DNA from: Octopus bimaculoides | Taxonomy: Eukaryota | Assembly (NCBI RefSeq): GCF_001194135.2 | Contig: NC_068987.1 | Location: 90,158,325-90,222,324 of the forward strand | DNA length: 64,000 bases | Direction: 5' to 3' | In this document: positions 33,767 through 47,619 of the stretch, piece by piece | Numbering within the stretch: position 1 is the stretch's first letter | How the letters are laid out: every line of letters begins with the position of its first letter | Notes under the pieces: model-generated | The model's input: only the letters and a program-made list of their open reading frames with translations | Told to the model about the DNA's origin: nothing | The model's database searches: none | Program-made: the position numbers and the translations under genes

Positions 33767-35174
33767 TTAAGTGTATACATATGTATAATTATACATGAAC
33801 AGCAATTCAGGAGTCTTTCTTTCCCTTCTTTTTTTTTGTTTTTTACTCTCTCTCCAATCTTCCACTGCTACCATCACAACTGACACTTGTCACCACTTCT
33901 TCCATCGCTCCTCATCTTGCTTGCCAATTCACCTTATCTCCACCATCAAAATAACAACAGGTAACTAAAGTTATGTGTCCTGTGGCAAAACCTGTGAAAT
34001 TTCCACAGGTTTTGCTTGTTTAGATCATTCTGATAACTAAGGTACAAAAAAAAAAAGTCTCAGGGGCATTTTAATTGACTTGTAGAGAAAGCTTTTCTTC
34101 TGCCTCATCAATTGAATTCCAGATTTTTTTGTGTTGTGGAGAGATTATTGAATATTTCATCTTTTTGTTTAGAGAAAGCCAGTTTGACAGAATCTGTCCC
34201 TTTCTAGCTTATGTCCTTACGTTGCAAACTAAGAGAGATTGTACTGGTAACAGACATGGAATATGAAGGGGAAATTGCGATGGAATAAAAATGCTGTCAA
34301 TTCCAGTGGGAAGAGGAAATACAACTAAAAAGAATACTGTGGCTAAATTAAATCAATGTAATATGTGATTTCTTCATAAATTCTAATGTTGTCTTTGAGC
34401 AGTTGATATTATTCTAGATTTATTTACTGGTTGAGTGAGTGCTATTAGATGAATAATTGAATCAGAGGGAAATTAGACTAACATATCAGAAAACTTACAC
34501 AAATTGGGAATCAAATGAGAAAATATTATTTAGTGACTAACANNNNNNNNNNGGGGGGGGGGGGATAGTGTTTCTGCTAGTTTAACTTAATGAATTCAAA
34601 ACACATAGATCCAATGTCATGTCTATGCAAAAATTAACCAATTATGTGCTAGAATGGTATTTCTGGTGATATATTTTATAGAGTATCAATCTCATACTCC
34701 CAGCCACTCTCAAAGTGGGGAAACTTTAAATCCCAATTGAAGAACTATTTTTCATATTTTGAAGAATGGCAATGTAATCATGGATGACAAAGTTTTAGAA
34801 TAATGGTGTTGGAAGAATTTTGAAGAAAGGATTTCTTCATAAAGAACAGGTCACCGGAAAATTTTTTTATTTAGGGTATTGTTTAAATTGGACTTAATAT
34901 AGTTTCCTTTGGAAGTGAAATTCAAGACATAGAAGCAAAATCTGGAATTGAAAGCCTTAGAGTAAACTTAGCAAAAAGAAAAAAAATTAGTAAGTAGGAA
35001 GGAAGATAAACTTCTCAGAGCAACAAGGAAATGGCTATGATCTGTCTACAGACAGAGTCAGTAGATATTTAATGTGTGCTCAGAGGAAATAAGACACATA
35101 TGAGGAATCATAAGCAGACTAACAGAGAAGGTAAATTTTTATATGCATTGGGGCAATAAGTACTAAAAGCACTC

Positions 35175-35435
35175 ATCATCATCATCGTTATTGTCTGTTT
35201 TCCATGTTGGCATGGGTTGGACGGTTTGACTGAGGGCTGGCAAGCCAGAAGGCTGCACCAGGCTCTAATCTGATCTGGCAATGTTTCTACAGCTGGATGT
35301 CCTTCCTAATGCCAACCAGTCTGAGAGTGTAGTGGGTGCTTTTTTATGTACCACCGGGACAAGGGCCACACAGGTGGTACTGGCATCAGCCACTCTTGAA
35401 TGGTGCTTTTTATGTGGCACCAGCACAGGAGCCAG
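35175..35435 (-). mobile_element. RTE LINE 3' end (family A)
   Basis: catcatcatc...ttccatgttggcatgggttggacggtttgactgag core. Confidence 0.85.
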
Positions 35436-35477
35436 TCAATATATCGATTCTCAAATGCCCAACTCAAAATAGCTGCT

Positions 35478-35985
35478 GGCTTTCACTCCCTAAGTGACCA
35501 AAGTAACAGTGAAAAGTGGATGTTCTGAAAGTGTGATAAGAAGAATAAGAAGAGGCTGGTGAAAGTTTAGGGAACAATGACTTCCACTGGCCACCAAGGG
35601 CTGATCCTCTTCAGTTGAGGGCACATTATTTGATACTTGTGGGCAAAGCACACTGTTGTATAACAGTGGGATATGGGCCATAAATGTAGAGGAACCACAA
35701 AGACTAGAAAGAAATAAGGCAAGTCTGCTTTGTTGGATGTACCATGCTAGTGTAGATGAATAACAAGGTATAAATGGAGAGACGAATGAGGTAGGAAAGG
35801 AAACGGATGTAGCATGCAAGGGAGGAGGAGGCTGCAATTGTATGGGCAGATGGAGGCTGACAGCTGCACAAGCAAGAGCAGTGCATTTAAAGTGAAGAGA
35901 GAGAGAAAGACTTAAGAAAAGTTGGGATCAGGCGGTGAAAACAGATCTCAAGACGTTACAGTTGACAAAGGAGGTGACTGAGTGT
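35478..35985 (+). mobile_element. Degraded RTE LINE ORF C-terminal region
   Basis: GCSESVIRRIRRGW, LPLATKG, LERNKASLLCW and SWDQAVKTDLKTLQLTKEV resemble an RTE ORF end. Confidence 0.65.
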
Positions 35986-36039
35986 TGAGGGGTGACATTC
36001 AACACTATAGAAGACCCAATTGTATTATGAAAGTGACAT

Positions 36040-36432
36040 ATACAGGCATGGCAACATGGTAAGAAGTTTGCTTCCCAACCACATGGTTCCAGGTTCAGTC
36101 CCACTGCATGGCACCTTGGGCAATTGTCTTCTATTATAGCCTTGGGCTGACCAAAGCCTTTGAATGGATTTGGTAGACAGAAACTGAAAAAAGTCTGTCA
36201 TATGTATGTGTGTGTGCATGCATGCGCGCGTTCCCTCCCCCACCTCCATCACTTGATAACAGGTGTTGGTGTGTTTCCATCTCTGTAACTTAACAGTTTG
36301 GTAACAGAGACTGATAGAATAAGTACCAGGCTTGTATAGAAAAAAAAAAGTGCAGGGATCGATTCATTCAATTAAAAATTCTTTGAGGCAGTGCCCCAGC
36401 ATGGCCAGTCTAAAGACCGAAAGAAATAAAAG
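36040..36432 (+). mobile_element. Family D SINE
   Basis: ggttccaggttcagtcccactgcatggcaccttgggcaattgtcttctattatagcc; the central part resembles the CORE motif gtgaccttgggcaagtcac. Confidence 0.85.
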
Positions 36433-36620
36433 CAAGTGCAATGCGTAACAGCCACTTGTTGATGGGTAGGATGGAGATGTAAATTTATCCAACCTATTTC
36501 CACAGAAGAAAAACAACTGATAAACCAAAAGCATTGGCATTGAGGAATTACTGGAAACAGTTCTTAGATTATGTCTATTACCACACCCACCCCCATCCCA
36601 CCACTCAGCTTTCAGTCTCC

Positions 36621-37445
36621 ATGTGTTAAACTGAAATTGAGGCTGACAAAAACTGTGAAGAAGCTCATTGGATAAACAGTAAGTGTAATTCAGAGCTCCA
36701 GTCTGATGACACATTGTGTGGAGCTGTTCTAGTCTTGGAATTAAGTTAAAGACATACACACATGTCTGTGGAATACTCAACCACTTACACAGTAATTTAA
36801 CAAATAGTTAGTGTTCAGCAGATTGAACATCAGTTCATTGTTGAAACCAATCGAGGATCCTTTATCATGTAAGTATCTAGCCACACACACACATGCATAT
36901 ATTGTTGAGGATCCTACACATATCATTGTCTAAATTTTTTTTTTTTCCTGTCTATTTCTCCGTATGCATACTCACATATCATGCCATTGGTGTATGCAAT
37001 CCATCTTAAACTACAACCATACATGTATGTCCTCATATTGTCAATATGCTGATGCAATCCCACCTCACCTCTCCCTTCTTTTTCCTATCGTTTTAGTTCT
37101 TTTCTTCCTCATACTGCCCCCCCCTCTCTCTCATTTATTCTGTCTTCAACCTGAAGGTTTGTTCAATTNNNNNNNNNNNNNNNNNNNNNNNNNNNNNNNN
37201 NNNNNNNNNNNNNNNNNNNNNNNNNNNNNNNNNNNNNNNNNNNNNNNNNNNNNNNNNNNNNNNNNNNNNNNNNNNNNNNNNNNNNNNNNNNNNNNNNNNT
37301 GCAATCCCACCTCACCTCTCCCTTCTTTTTCCTATCGTTTTAGTTCTTTTCTTCCTCATACTGCCCCCCCCTCTCTCTCATTTATTCTGTCTTCAACCTG
37401 AAGGTTTGTTCAATTTTTATTGGTTAACAATTTAATTTCTCAACG
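36621..37445. repeat. Composite local duplication: direct copy of 41775-41998 fused to an inverted copy of 43315-43678
   Basis: Long matching stretches in both parts, with the junction at about 36860. Confidence 0.88.
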
Positions 37446-40400
37446 AAAATTATTTATTACTAAAACTATTAGTTCTTCAATTTGATTTCAGTATTTCTTA
37501 CCGCTAGGTTTGTTTTCTGTAAAATTCTTATCCAAGATTACCCAGCTAATTCTTCTATTTATGATATCAATAATTCTCTTCTTTAATGCCTTTTCACGTC
37601 AATTGTAGAAGAAAGAATTTATGTATTTCTCTAAAACTTATTTTTTTAATATGCATGAAAAGAATGTATATATATTATCAGGAAATTCTTGAAGACCATT
37701 TCTCTATTCTATAGAAGAACTACTGTTTTCTTGTAATATTGTCACTAAAATATTTCCAGAACTTGGAAAGGAATCAACAGATAATGATGGAGGCATCTCA
37801 TTTTATTTATACATTTATTATTAGAAAAGATGTCAAGAAATTGTGAAATGACCCTCAAATTGAACCAAAATGAAACGCTATTATCACTGACCAACTGAAA
37901 TTATCTTGAAAATCTTTTTCTGCTAATTCTAAAAGGAATTATTATTATTCAACAACCAAAGTTTTATTACCTCCTCATCCACCACCACCACAACCTCCTC
38001 TTTATCATGCATACAAGCAACATCTAAAATACAATTTGTTGTTTTTCTTTCTTTTTATTATTGCGTTTAATTAACCACACCCCTATTTACTTTATACAGA
38101 AAAAAGTTTATATAATTAATTGGTGGAAAAAAATAAATTATACATAAAAACAACCTAAAAATACATGCAGATTTGTTTTGAAAGATCTAATATTCACATG
38201 GAGTAAATAAAAGATTAGGGTTTTTATTTAAAACAAAAGTAAAATTGTGGCCATAGTCACTCAACAAAGCAGTCATTGTTGATTTAAAAAAATTCAAATT
38301 TAAAAAAAAGGCAAAGTAATAATGATGATTATGATGATGATAATGATGATGATGATGATGATGATGAACACACTTCTGAATACTTGACATATTGGCAATA
38401 TTCTGTCTATGCTTTCACTAAAGGACTAAAATATTGATGGTGGAAATTTGATAGTCCTCCTCACATAAAGGGCCGTGTTCAGACAATATGTCCATCATAT
38501 CCACAACAAGGGAGAATGGCTTAAATTTCAACTGTTAAAAAAAAAAAAATAAAATAAAAAAAAAATCATGCTTGTCCAAATCTTTTGAAAAAAGATTGGG
38601 TTAAATCTTTTAGCAAGAAGGATTAATAACAAATCAGATAAAACTGGTCAGTTGAATGCATTTCAAAGAGGGTTATCATATATTTTTTTTTGTTTGTTTG
38701 TTTAGTTTTCTGAAATGAAAAATAAAAAAATAATAGACATATTTAGATATAAAAAGAATTTCTTTTAAAGACGTTTTATACAAGACAAGACAAGCGGATT
38801 AAATACACAAATTTTATAAAACCGAACCAGCAGAAGGCAGGGATGTGTTTGTTGTTCTTTCAAGTCAGTATTCAGCCTTTTTTTTTTTTTTTTCCAACTG
38901 CAGCTGTAACTGTTAAAAATGCTCAGAGATAGGAATAATAGACAAGGACCCAAGTGTTGATGGTTTCGGTATTCATATTTAACATTTTTCATATTTTTCC
39001 TTTTTTTTTTTACCTTGTGTCGATTCTGCTTTTATATAATTAGAGGCAATGCTACCTGTATTTCACTATCACAACCCACCTATCCATTCAAAGGGATTTG
39101 AATTAGTAAAATCTGCTTACTGCAGCTAACATTTAGCTGCACCATTATTTTAGTTTGTTTTTTTNNNNNNNNNNNNNNNNNNNNNNNNNNNNNNNNNNNN
39201 NNNNNNNNNNNNNNNNNNNNNNNNNNNNNNNNNNNNNNNNNNNNNNNNNNNNNNNNNNNNNNNNNNNNNNNNNNNNNNNNNNNNNNNNNNNNNNNNNNNN
39301 NNNNNNNNNNNNNNNNNNNNNNNNNNNNNNNNNNNNNNNNNNNNNNNNNNNNNNNNNNNNNNNNNNNNNNNNNNNNNNNNNNNNNNNNNNNNNNNNNNNN
39401 NNNNNNNNNNNNNNNNNNNNNNNNNNNNNNNNNNNNNNNNNNNNNNNNNNNNNNNNNNNNNNNNNNNNNNNNNNNNNNNNNNNNNNNNNNNNNNNNNNNN
39501 NNNNNNNNNNNNNNNNNNNNNNNNNNNNNNNNNNNNNNNNNNNNNNNNNNNNNNNNNNNNNNNNNNNNNNNNNNNNNNNNNNNNNNNNNNNNNNNNNNNN
39601 NNNNNNNNNNNNNNNNNNNNNNNNNNNNNNNNNNNNNNNNNNNNNNNNNNNNNNNNNNNNNNNNNNNNNNNNNNNNNNNNNNNNNNNNNNNNNNNNNNNN
39701 NNNNNNNNNNNNNNNTTTTTTTTACTTTTCGCCACCCACTTTATCAGTTTTGAACAAAGTCATTAAATCCTAAATAGTATTTAATCCAATGAAAAAAAAA
39801 AAAAGAAATGTATCAAGTGGACAAAATGTGCACATCAAAAATAGCAAATACAAACTTTACACCGATTATACACAAAGTTTGGTTTCGGAATTAGTCCATA
39901 AACTTCAAAAAGTTTTCTTTAGAAATAAATAAAGGAATAAATACTATAAAAACGTTTTCCAAGTAGTCTTTAGAACAAATTGAATCAACAGTTGCTTTGG
40001 CAATTTTAGGATGGAATTAGATTTCTTTGTATAGCAATATCTGATTTGATAAATGAAGAAATATATTTTCATGGAGAAATGGGATTTTTATTCTAGCACA
40101 GATAAATTGTATGAAAATATATATGTTGTACCTACTTTGACTTGATAAGAGAAGAAAATAACAGATTTTATACTGAATAGAAATATAGCATTCATAAATA
40201 CATCAAAGTTCTGACATGGCTTGATAGAATAGTTTTATATTACACATAATATGACAAACATGTAGCATGTGTAAGTCTTCATTTACATGGTTATGGAAAT
40301 CTAGAACCAGAGTCTCTAAGACAGTCTGACACTGAAGTTGAAATTTAAGAAAAAAAAATTGAAATGTAGAGAGAAGAGAACATGCTTTTAAAGTCTGTTT

Positions 40401-43376
40401 GGATAATTAACACACTAATCAAGTTAGTTTCTTTAGTTGAATTATTAATTCACTATTCTTTGTAATTAGGAACTGGGTGGAATAATAAGTAAGAAAGACT
40501 CTCAAAAAGCCCAAAGCCAACTTGAGAAATCTCAACAAAGAAATAACTAAGTTTGTTTTACAGACATGGAATATTTGATTGAGAATCCTTTGGAATTACC
40601 ATCTCTCTGTAATTAGAGTGAAGTGCTACACTATCCACTGAAACTAAACTGTGAGCTACTGACTCAGTTTTCACCTAAAGAGGATGAAGTGATAATCCAC
40701 GTTGCAAAGTACATTGATCCTCCCTATACATTCATTGTCAGCCATAAGGTCCTACAAGAGTATGGCAGGAATTCAAGAATTCACTATTGCTGCTATATCT
40801 TTGAAGACCCTCAACCAAATGTCTTTCTTACTAAGTCTCTCTCTCTCTCACTCTCTCTCCCCACAACTCTCTATTTAGGTGTTAGAAACTGATGTAAACA
40901 TCATAAAGGTTTAAGTCATCAATCTACCTTAAATTTTTTAAAATGCTTAAATTAAATAAATTGGATAAAAGAACTGTTTTTCATGAAATAAATCATTGTA
41001 TGAAGAATACAGCTGTAAAACTGAAGAGCTCAATAAAATCAAAATATAGAAATAGAGTAGAAATCAAATTTATATAGACAGCAGCTCATATATCCGTTAA
41101 CAGATGAAGTTAACTTCATAAAACTTTTTGCTTGTCAACAAAACAAAACCTCTCCAAGCAGAAAACAAAATTACCCATAAGGAAAAGAAAATCAGGTTTG
41201 TTTCTTGCTTTCTTAAAATAGCAACTCAATAATTATTTGTGAATAAATTCATAAAACAGATATTCTCTTCTATCAACACAACAATGACAAAATCGTAATA
41301 CTAACTAGCAATATAATGCCAATTGTGAAGAGGAATTTAACTGTGATTCATCTAAAATATGTGAAGAGGATTGGAGAGTCAAGAATCAAGAAGATTTTAT
41401 TAATTTTTTGTTGTCTGGATAAACCAGAAATATAAACACAGGACAAAAGTTCAATAAATTCTTAACCAATAAAATTTACCTGAAAAGCTAAGTGAGATAT
41501 ATTAGTGTATGAAGGGAAGAGATATTTAACATTTTAGACAAAAAGGCAAAAAAAAAAGAAAAAAAGGCCTTGTCCACAAAATTAGATATTTCTTCAAATA
41601 GGACGTTAACATTCTGTTATTCAGAATTTTTCCTTGTTGACACAAACACACCACCTGTAGTCTCCTTGAATTCCGACAATTCTGTCTAAAAGGTTATAGA
41701 CTGTAATTCAATAATAATATAGAGGAACATACACACACATACAAACATTTAAATAGCACTGTTTTACAGTGTCTATGTGCTAAACTGAAATTGAGGCTGA
41801 CAAAAACTGTTAAGAAGCTCGTTGGATGAACAGTAAGTGTAATCTAGAGCTCCAGTCTGATGACACATTGTGTTAAAGACATACACACATGTCTGTGGAA
41901 TACTCAACCACTTACACAGTAATTTAACAAATAGTTAGTGTTCAGCAGATTGAACATCAGTTCATTGTTGAAACCAATCGAGGATCCATCATCATGTTTA
42001 CATAGAATGTCGAGTTTTGAGGTATCATGAGGCACTGTGTTTTTGTGCTTGTATGAGGTTCAGCTTGTTCAATTGTGTGTCCCCATGATTGGCCGGGACT
42101 GCAGCTATGATTAAAACCAGTCACAAGACCCACAGTAATCTAGCAAGCAGATAACAAAAGGACAAATCACATCTACAAGTGACGTTAATTTCTACCAATT
42201 CCAACCAATTATAAAAATAATTTTTGAAAGACTACGACAAAAAGGAAACTCATTCTGCACCAGAATAATACAGCAAAATACTTAGAAATATCTTCAAACT
42301 ACTATTGGTTTTAATTTTTAAACTTTCTTCAAGCAAAGAGATATTCTATCACCTGTCAGTGACATCATGATTTCTCTAGCTGCCAATGTTTAGACATCCA
42401 TCATCATCATCATCATCTACTCCTAAAATGGCTGCAGTCAACACAAACCTTCTCAAGGAGTGAAATATTTAGAATGAAATATCCATGTAAAAACTTCCAT
42501 TAGTGTCTGTTGTCTGCTGGGCAGAAATACACTCAGTTGAAAGCAGTTATCTGCCTGTTATTTGATATTAAATCAATTGCACAATATATTTGCCATATGA
42601 CAACTGTTGAAACAAAATGAATTGTGATTAAAAAAAAAAAGAAAAGAAAGAAGTCACAGGTCATAAGAAATGTCACATGGATAAAATATTAAATTCTTTA
42701 AATTTTAATGACGATTCATTTAAGAGAAAACTCAAATCCAAGAAAGTAAAAAAAAAAAATTACATTTTTTTTTACCTTTTTTTCATTTTTAGTAGGTTCA
42801 AAATTGTTTTATTTAATGTTGTTAAGTCTTTTAATCAGAGTTTCAAATAATTACAAGTTGTATAATGAGAGGAGATAAGCATTGAAATAAAAAATAAAAT
42901 AATATAAAAACAAACAAAAATAATCAGTGTAGAAGAGATAAGAGTCTTCAATTGAAATGAAGAGAGCAGGAAAGCAACTTTCAGATGAAGCACTTACAGC
43001 AGCAGAAATGAAGTAAAATGAAAATTCTTCATTCACTGTTTAAGCAGTTTTAAAGATTTCAGAATGATTTATTCTGGTAGAATTGGATTTTTAAACATTA
43101 CAAAAAAAAAAAAAGAAAAAAAAAAAAATTGTGAGGGCTAAAGTTTAGATAAAAAGTATAAATAAACAAAAAAAAAATGATAAAAGACATCCAGAGAGAG
43201 AGAGAAAGAAAAGAGATAAAAAAAAAATATCAACCTACAAAGGCCATTGTATGTAGGTGTGAAGTTTACAGATAAATAATTTGAACCAACAATCAGTGCC
43301 TTTGAAAAGACAATTTTGGTTGAGAAATTAAATTGTTGACCAATAAGAAGAGAACAAATCTTCAGGTTGAAGACAG

Positions 43377-43411
<35 letters not shown>

Positions 43412-44837
43412 AGAGCAGTGAGGAAGGAAAGAACTAAAATGATAGAAAAAAAATAAACAAAAGGGAGAGGTGAGGTGGGATTGCATCAGCATATTGACAA
43501 TATGTGGACATACATGTATGGTTGTAGTTTAAGATGGATTGCATACACCAATTGCATGATATGTGAGTATGCATACTGCGAAGAGACAGGGGAAAAAAAA
43601 AACATTGAGACAATGATATGTGTAGGATCCTCAACAATATATGCATGTGTGTGTGTGTGTATGGCTAGATACTTACATATACATACACACACACACACAC
43701 ACACATACATAAATACACATGCATACATATACACATAAGATGACTACAAGACAATTTCGAGTGATGCCATTGCCTGAGGTGGCTTTTCAGTCTTGTTAGG
43801 AATCAACACACTTTCGCACAAAAATGGCAATAGGCACCTCCTGCAGCAAGAGTGTTGAGAGAGCTTACCACCCACACTGACATCTACCTTTGTTCCATCA
43901 TGGAATCTTTCATTGAGTGTTTGCCTTTTTTTTGGCTACAGTCAGCCATCGTATGCAACAAATAAGAGATGTTAAAAACCAAGCCATGTCTGGATATGTA
44001 GCATTTTAAAGTAAGGAAAGGCCTTGCACAGAGCCAATCCTATTCTCTAAACAATGTATGCATTCACCCCTGCTTTGCAAAATCAACTAGTCTACATCAT
44101 TGGATGCAAACAAAGTCACAGATGCTGCATTATACAAGGTATACATATACAAACATATACACACAGTCACGCACACACACACATACATACATACACAACA
44201 TATACACAAATATATACAAGCACATTCATAGGCAAATCTTAATATANNNNNNNNNNNNNNNNNNNNNNNNNNNNNNNNNNNNNNNNNNNNNNNNNNNNNN
44301 NNNNNNNNNNNNNNNNNNNNNNNNNNNNNNNNNNNNNNNNNNNNNNNNNNNNNNNNNNNNNNNNNNNNNNNNNNNNNNNNNNNNNNNNNNNNNNNNNNNN
44401 NNNNNNNNNNNNNNNNNNNNNNNNNNNNNNNNNNNNNNNNNNNNNNNNNNNNNNNNNNNNNNNNNNNNNNNNNNNNNNNNNNNNNNNNNNNNNNNNNNNN
44501 NNNNNNNNNNNNNNNNNNNNNNNNNNNNNNNNNNNNNNNNNNNNNNNNNNNNNNNNNNNNNNNNNNNNNNNNNNNNNNNNNNNNNNNNNNNNNNNNNNNN
44601 NNNNNNNNNNNNNNNNNNNNNNNNNNNNNNNNNNNNNNNNNNNNNNNNNNNNNNNNNNNNNNNNNNNNNNNNNNNNNNNNNNNNNNNNNNNNNNNNNNNN
44701 NNNNNNNNNNNNNNNNNNNNNNNNNNNNNNNNNNNNNNNNNNNNNNNNNNNNNNNNNNNNNNNNNNNNNNNNNNNNNNNNNNNNNNNNNNNNNNNNNNNN
44801 NNNNNNNNNNNNNNNNNNNNNNNNNNNNNNNNNNNNN

Positions 44838-44966
44838 ATATACACACACATGCATTATATACATGTAAATATATATATTAAACTGTATGTATGTATCATC
44901 ATCATCAACATTTAACATCTGTTTCTCTATGCTGGCTTGGGCTTGATTATGTATATACATACAAAC

Positions 44967-45019
<53 letters not shown>

Positions 45020-45580
45020 CGCATATGCAAATATGTGTGTGTGCATATAAATATCTAATCTATAATCATTAGTCAGACAAAATATATTTTGTTTCACCTA
45101 TAGTTCTTCGGGACATTTTGTTGGACTAACATTATGGATTAAATGTTTATTCTTTCTCAGACTTATCCTTCAGTTCTTTATTCTAGATGGCCCAGCATAC
45201 ATACATATTTGTGTGTGTGTGCGTGTGTGTGTACCTGTATAAATACAAACATATGTGTACATACACCTATAGATTTATACATACATACATACATACACAC
45301 ACATATACATATATATATGCAGACACACACACATACATGAGTGTGTGGGTGTGTATATATAATACACACACACACACAGTCATTTATATATACATATATA
45401 TATATGTGTGTGTGTGTACACACATTGATATTTATATCAATACAAATATATTTATGTATATATATACACATATATAGTTATGTTTGTATGTATGTACACA
45501 CATATATAGATACATATCCACACACACATATATATATATATATATATTTGTATTTGTGTGTGTGTTTGTGTGTATATAAA
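44838..45580. repeat. Extended AT/AC/GT dinucleotide-rich low-complexity tract
   Basis: Direct reading of the sequence. Confidence 0.9.
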
Positions 45581-45655
45581 TAAATCTCTAGCCAAACTGT
45601 TAGTCGAGAAAATATTCAAAATCGTTGCCAATGCATTTTATGCATAAAAAAAGAA

Positions 45656-45691
<36 letters not shown>

Positions 45692-45746
45692 CTTCGACAA
45701 GGCAACAGGAGCCTCCTCATTTTTTTGGGTGTTTTTGTTTGCTTTG

Positions 45747-45752
45747 TTTATT
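45747..45752 (-). terminator. Candidate proximal polyadenylation signal of the GTPase gene
   Basis: TTTATT on + (AATAAA on -) about 175 nt after the stop codon. More distal sites are possible. Confidence 0.3.
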
Positions 45753-45926
45753 TCATTTGTTCTATTTTTTTGTTATTTTTTGTTAATTTTTTTTTGTTTC
45801 ATTTTAAACAATGTCTGCTTTGCTGGTCTATTTAAGTAGGGAACTGAGCAGATCCGATGATCCATCTTGTCACGGAATTCCAGAAAAAGATGAGTGAGTT
45901 TTGATGATGAAAACAAAGAATGAATA

Positions 45927-46004
45927 TTACAGAAGCTGACATTTGGTTCTTGGTTTCCTAGGAGGTTGTGGTTGCAAAACTGCTCTGACTGCTTCTTCAA
46001 ACAC
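45927..46004 (-). CDS. Mtl: Mtl-like GTPase terminal coding exon (78 nt including stop)
   Basis: ttttttgcag acceptor. Reads VFEEAVRAVLQPQPPRKPRTKCQLL*, with a basic tail and a CAAX box ending in Leu (geranylgeranylation type). Confidence 0.95.
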   Translation of the reverse strand: MFEEAVRAVLQPQPPRKPRTKCQLL

Positions 46005-46104
46005 CTGCAAAAAATGAAAACAATGTTTGTCACTGATTTTAATAATTTTCCTTTGAGACACAGCCCCAAGGCCACTAATTATGCTGGTGAGAAAACAGTC
46101 AACC

Positions 46105-46290
46105 ATATTAATGGTGCTTGGCACTGGTGCCAAATAAAAAGCACCCAGAATACTTTGTAAAGTGGTTGGCAATAGGGAGGGCGTCCAGCTGTAGAAATCA
46201 AGCCAAATCGGATTGGAACTTGGTGTGGCTCCTGTCAAACCATCCAACCCATACCAGCATGGAAAATTGATGACAAATGATGACAATTAG
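46105..46290 (+). mobile_element. RTE LINE 3' end (family A)
   Basis: aaaagcacccagaatactttgtaaagtggttggc...cccataccagcatggaaa core. Confidence 0.75.
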
Positions 46291-46619
46291 GATTATGATG
46301 ATGGTCAGTACTTGAATGGTGTTTGTTTGGATAAAAGGCCAAGTTGACTTCAGCCTCCAGTGCCAGAACTAAATATTGCTCCCCATATAATCTTACGATT
46401 GCCATACCCATCCAGTTCTACTCACCTGGGACATCTCATCTATCCATTGCTCCTATTCATTCTTTCTCTTCCCTACTGTGAGTAATCATGCAGCCCTTCT
46501 ACAAGAACCAGTTCTGCCCTATCACTTTCTCTCATGCTTTAAGCCCTCATCTCCTAACATAAAGCTAACCCCCAGCCCCCACTGGGTTTATGATCTTGGG
46601 AACTGCATGGTGGTATGAA

Positions 46620-46960
46620 AAACAAAATGGAGGCAGGTTTGCTACAGCTGGATGCTTTTCCTGTTGCCAATCTGCACCATTTTGCAAGCAAGGTAATATT
46701 TCATGAAAAATTGGAAATAAACAACCTCATTTGTATGATAACGATTCTCATTTACACCCACTTTGTGATGTTTAGACATGGTACACACACACAAATATGA
46801 TGGGCTTCTTTCAGTTTCCATCTACCAAATCCACTCACAATGCATTGATTGGCTCAGAGCAATAGTAGAAGACACTTGTCCAAGGCACTACACAGTGGGA
46901 TTGAACTCAAGACCACATGCTTGGGAAGTAAGCTTCTTAATCACACAATTACTTCTTCCC
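46620..46960 (-). mobile_element. Family E fragment (46620-46780) adjoining a family D SINE head (46782-46960)
   Basis: By-eye similarity to other copies in the window. Confidence 0.6.
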
Positions 46961-47619
46961 TGAGTAGAAATATTTGATTCTCAATGTCGTCTCCAACATG
47001 TCAGATCAGACGGAGAAAGACTGAGGTCTGTTCTAAAGAGAAATCTCCACTACATCACACTAGAGCCAAGTACTGGCATTCATAGAAATCGCTGGAAACT
47101 CAAAGAAAGTTATTCCTTATACTATAGTTTACTCTCCACTTCAGCCATGTGACTTTTTGTTCAGCCAGCTTCACATTACTGGTTTGCTTCACAGATTCAT
47201 GCGTTGGCTGATGGTTGATACCAACATATTCGTAACCTAAGTTTCGATATCTTGCATACAATAAGCAACATGCGAAAACAGTTGCAGAGGAGACAAACGT
47301 ATCACAGACAAGATGACACAGGAATGAAAAGAATGGCAAACCTGACACAACCAAAGCTAGAATAGCGAAATGGAGGCTAAAAATAGACGAAAAAAAAAAC
47401 AACACTGATAACAGTGGAAAACAGAGTGAGTATAGATAGAAACATTAACCGTTTCATGTAATTCAATTAATTTTAAAATAGTCACGAGTTTTGAACAACC
47501 AAAATAAGCAATGTATGTCATTGGCAGCAAGACACCTGTACCTGTCCCTCTATCACATTTTAACTATCAACACCTGGCATAAAGTCACTTCCATCAATAC
47601 TACTCCACCCCTTTCAGCT

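Noticed and set aside
37061-37413. Apparent tandem duplication of about 110 bp on both sides of the 37169-37299 gap
   Set aside because: Identical sequence on both gap flanks is the typical signature of unmerged overlapping contig ends.
39121-39141. Perfect 9-bp hairpin TGCAGCTAA-cat-TTAGCTGCA
   Set aside because: One such stem is expected by chance in 64 kb of AT-rich sequence, and there is no supporting context.
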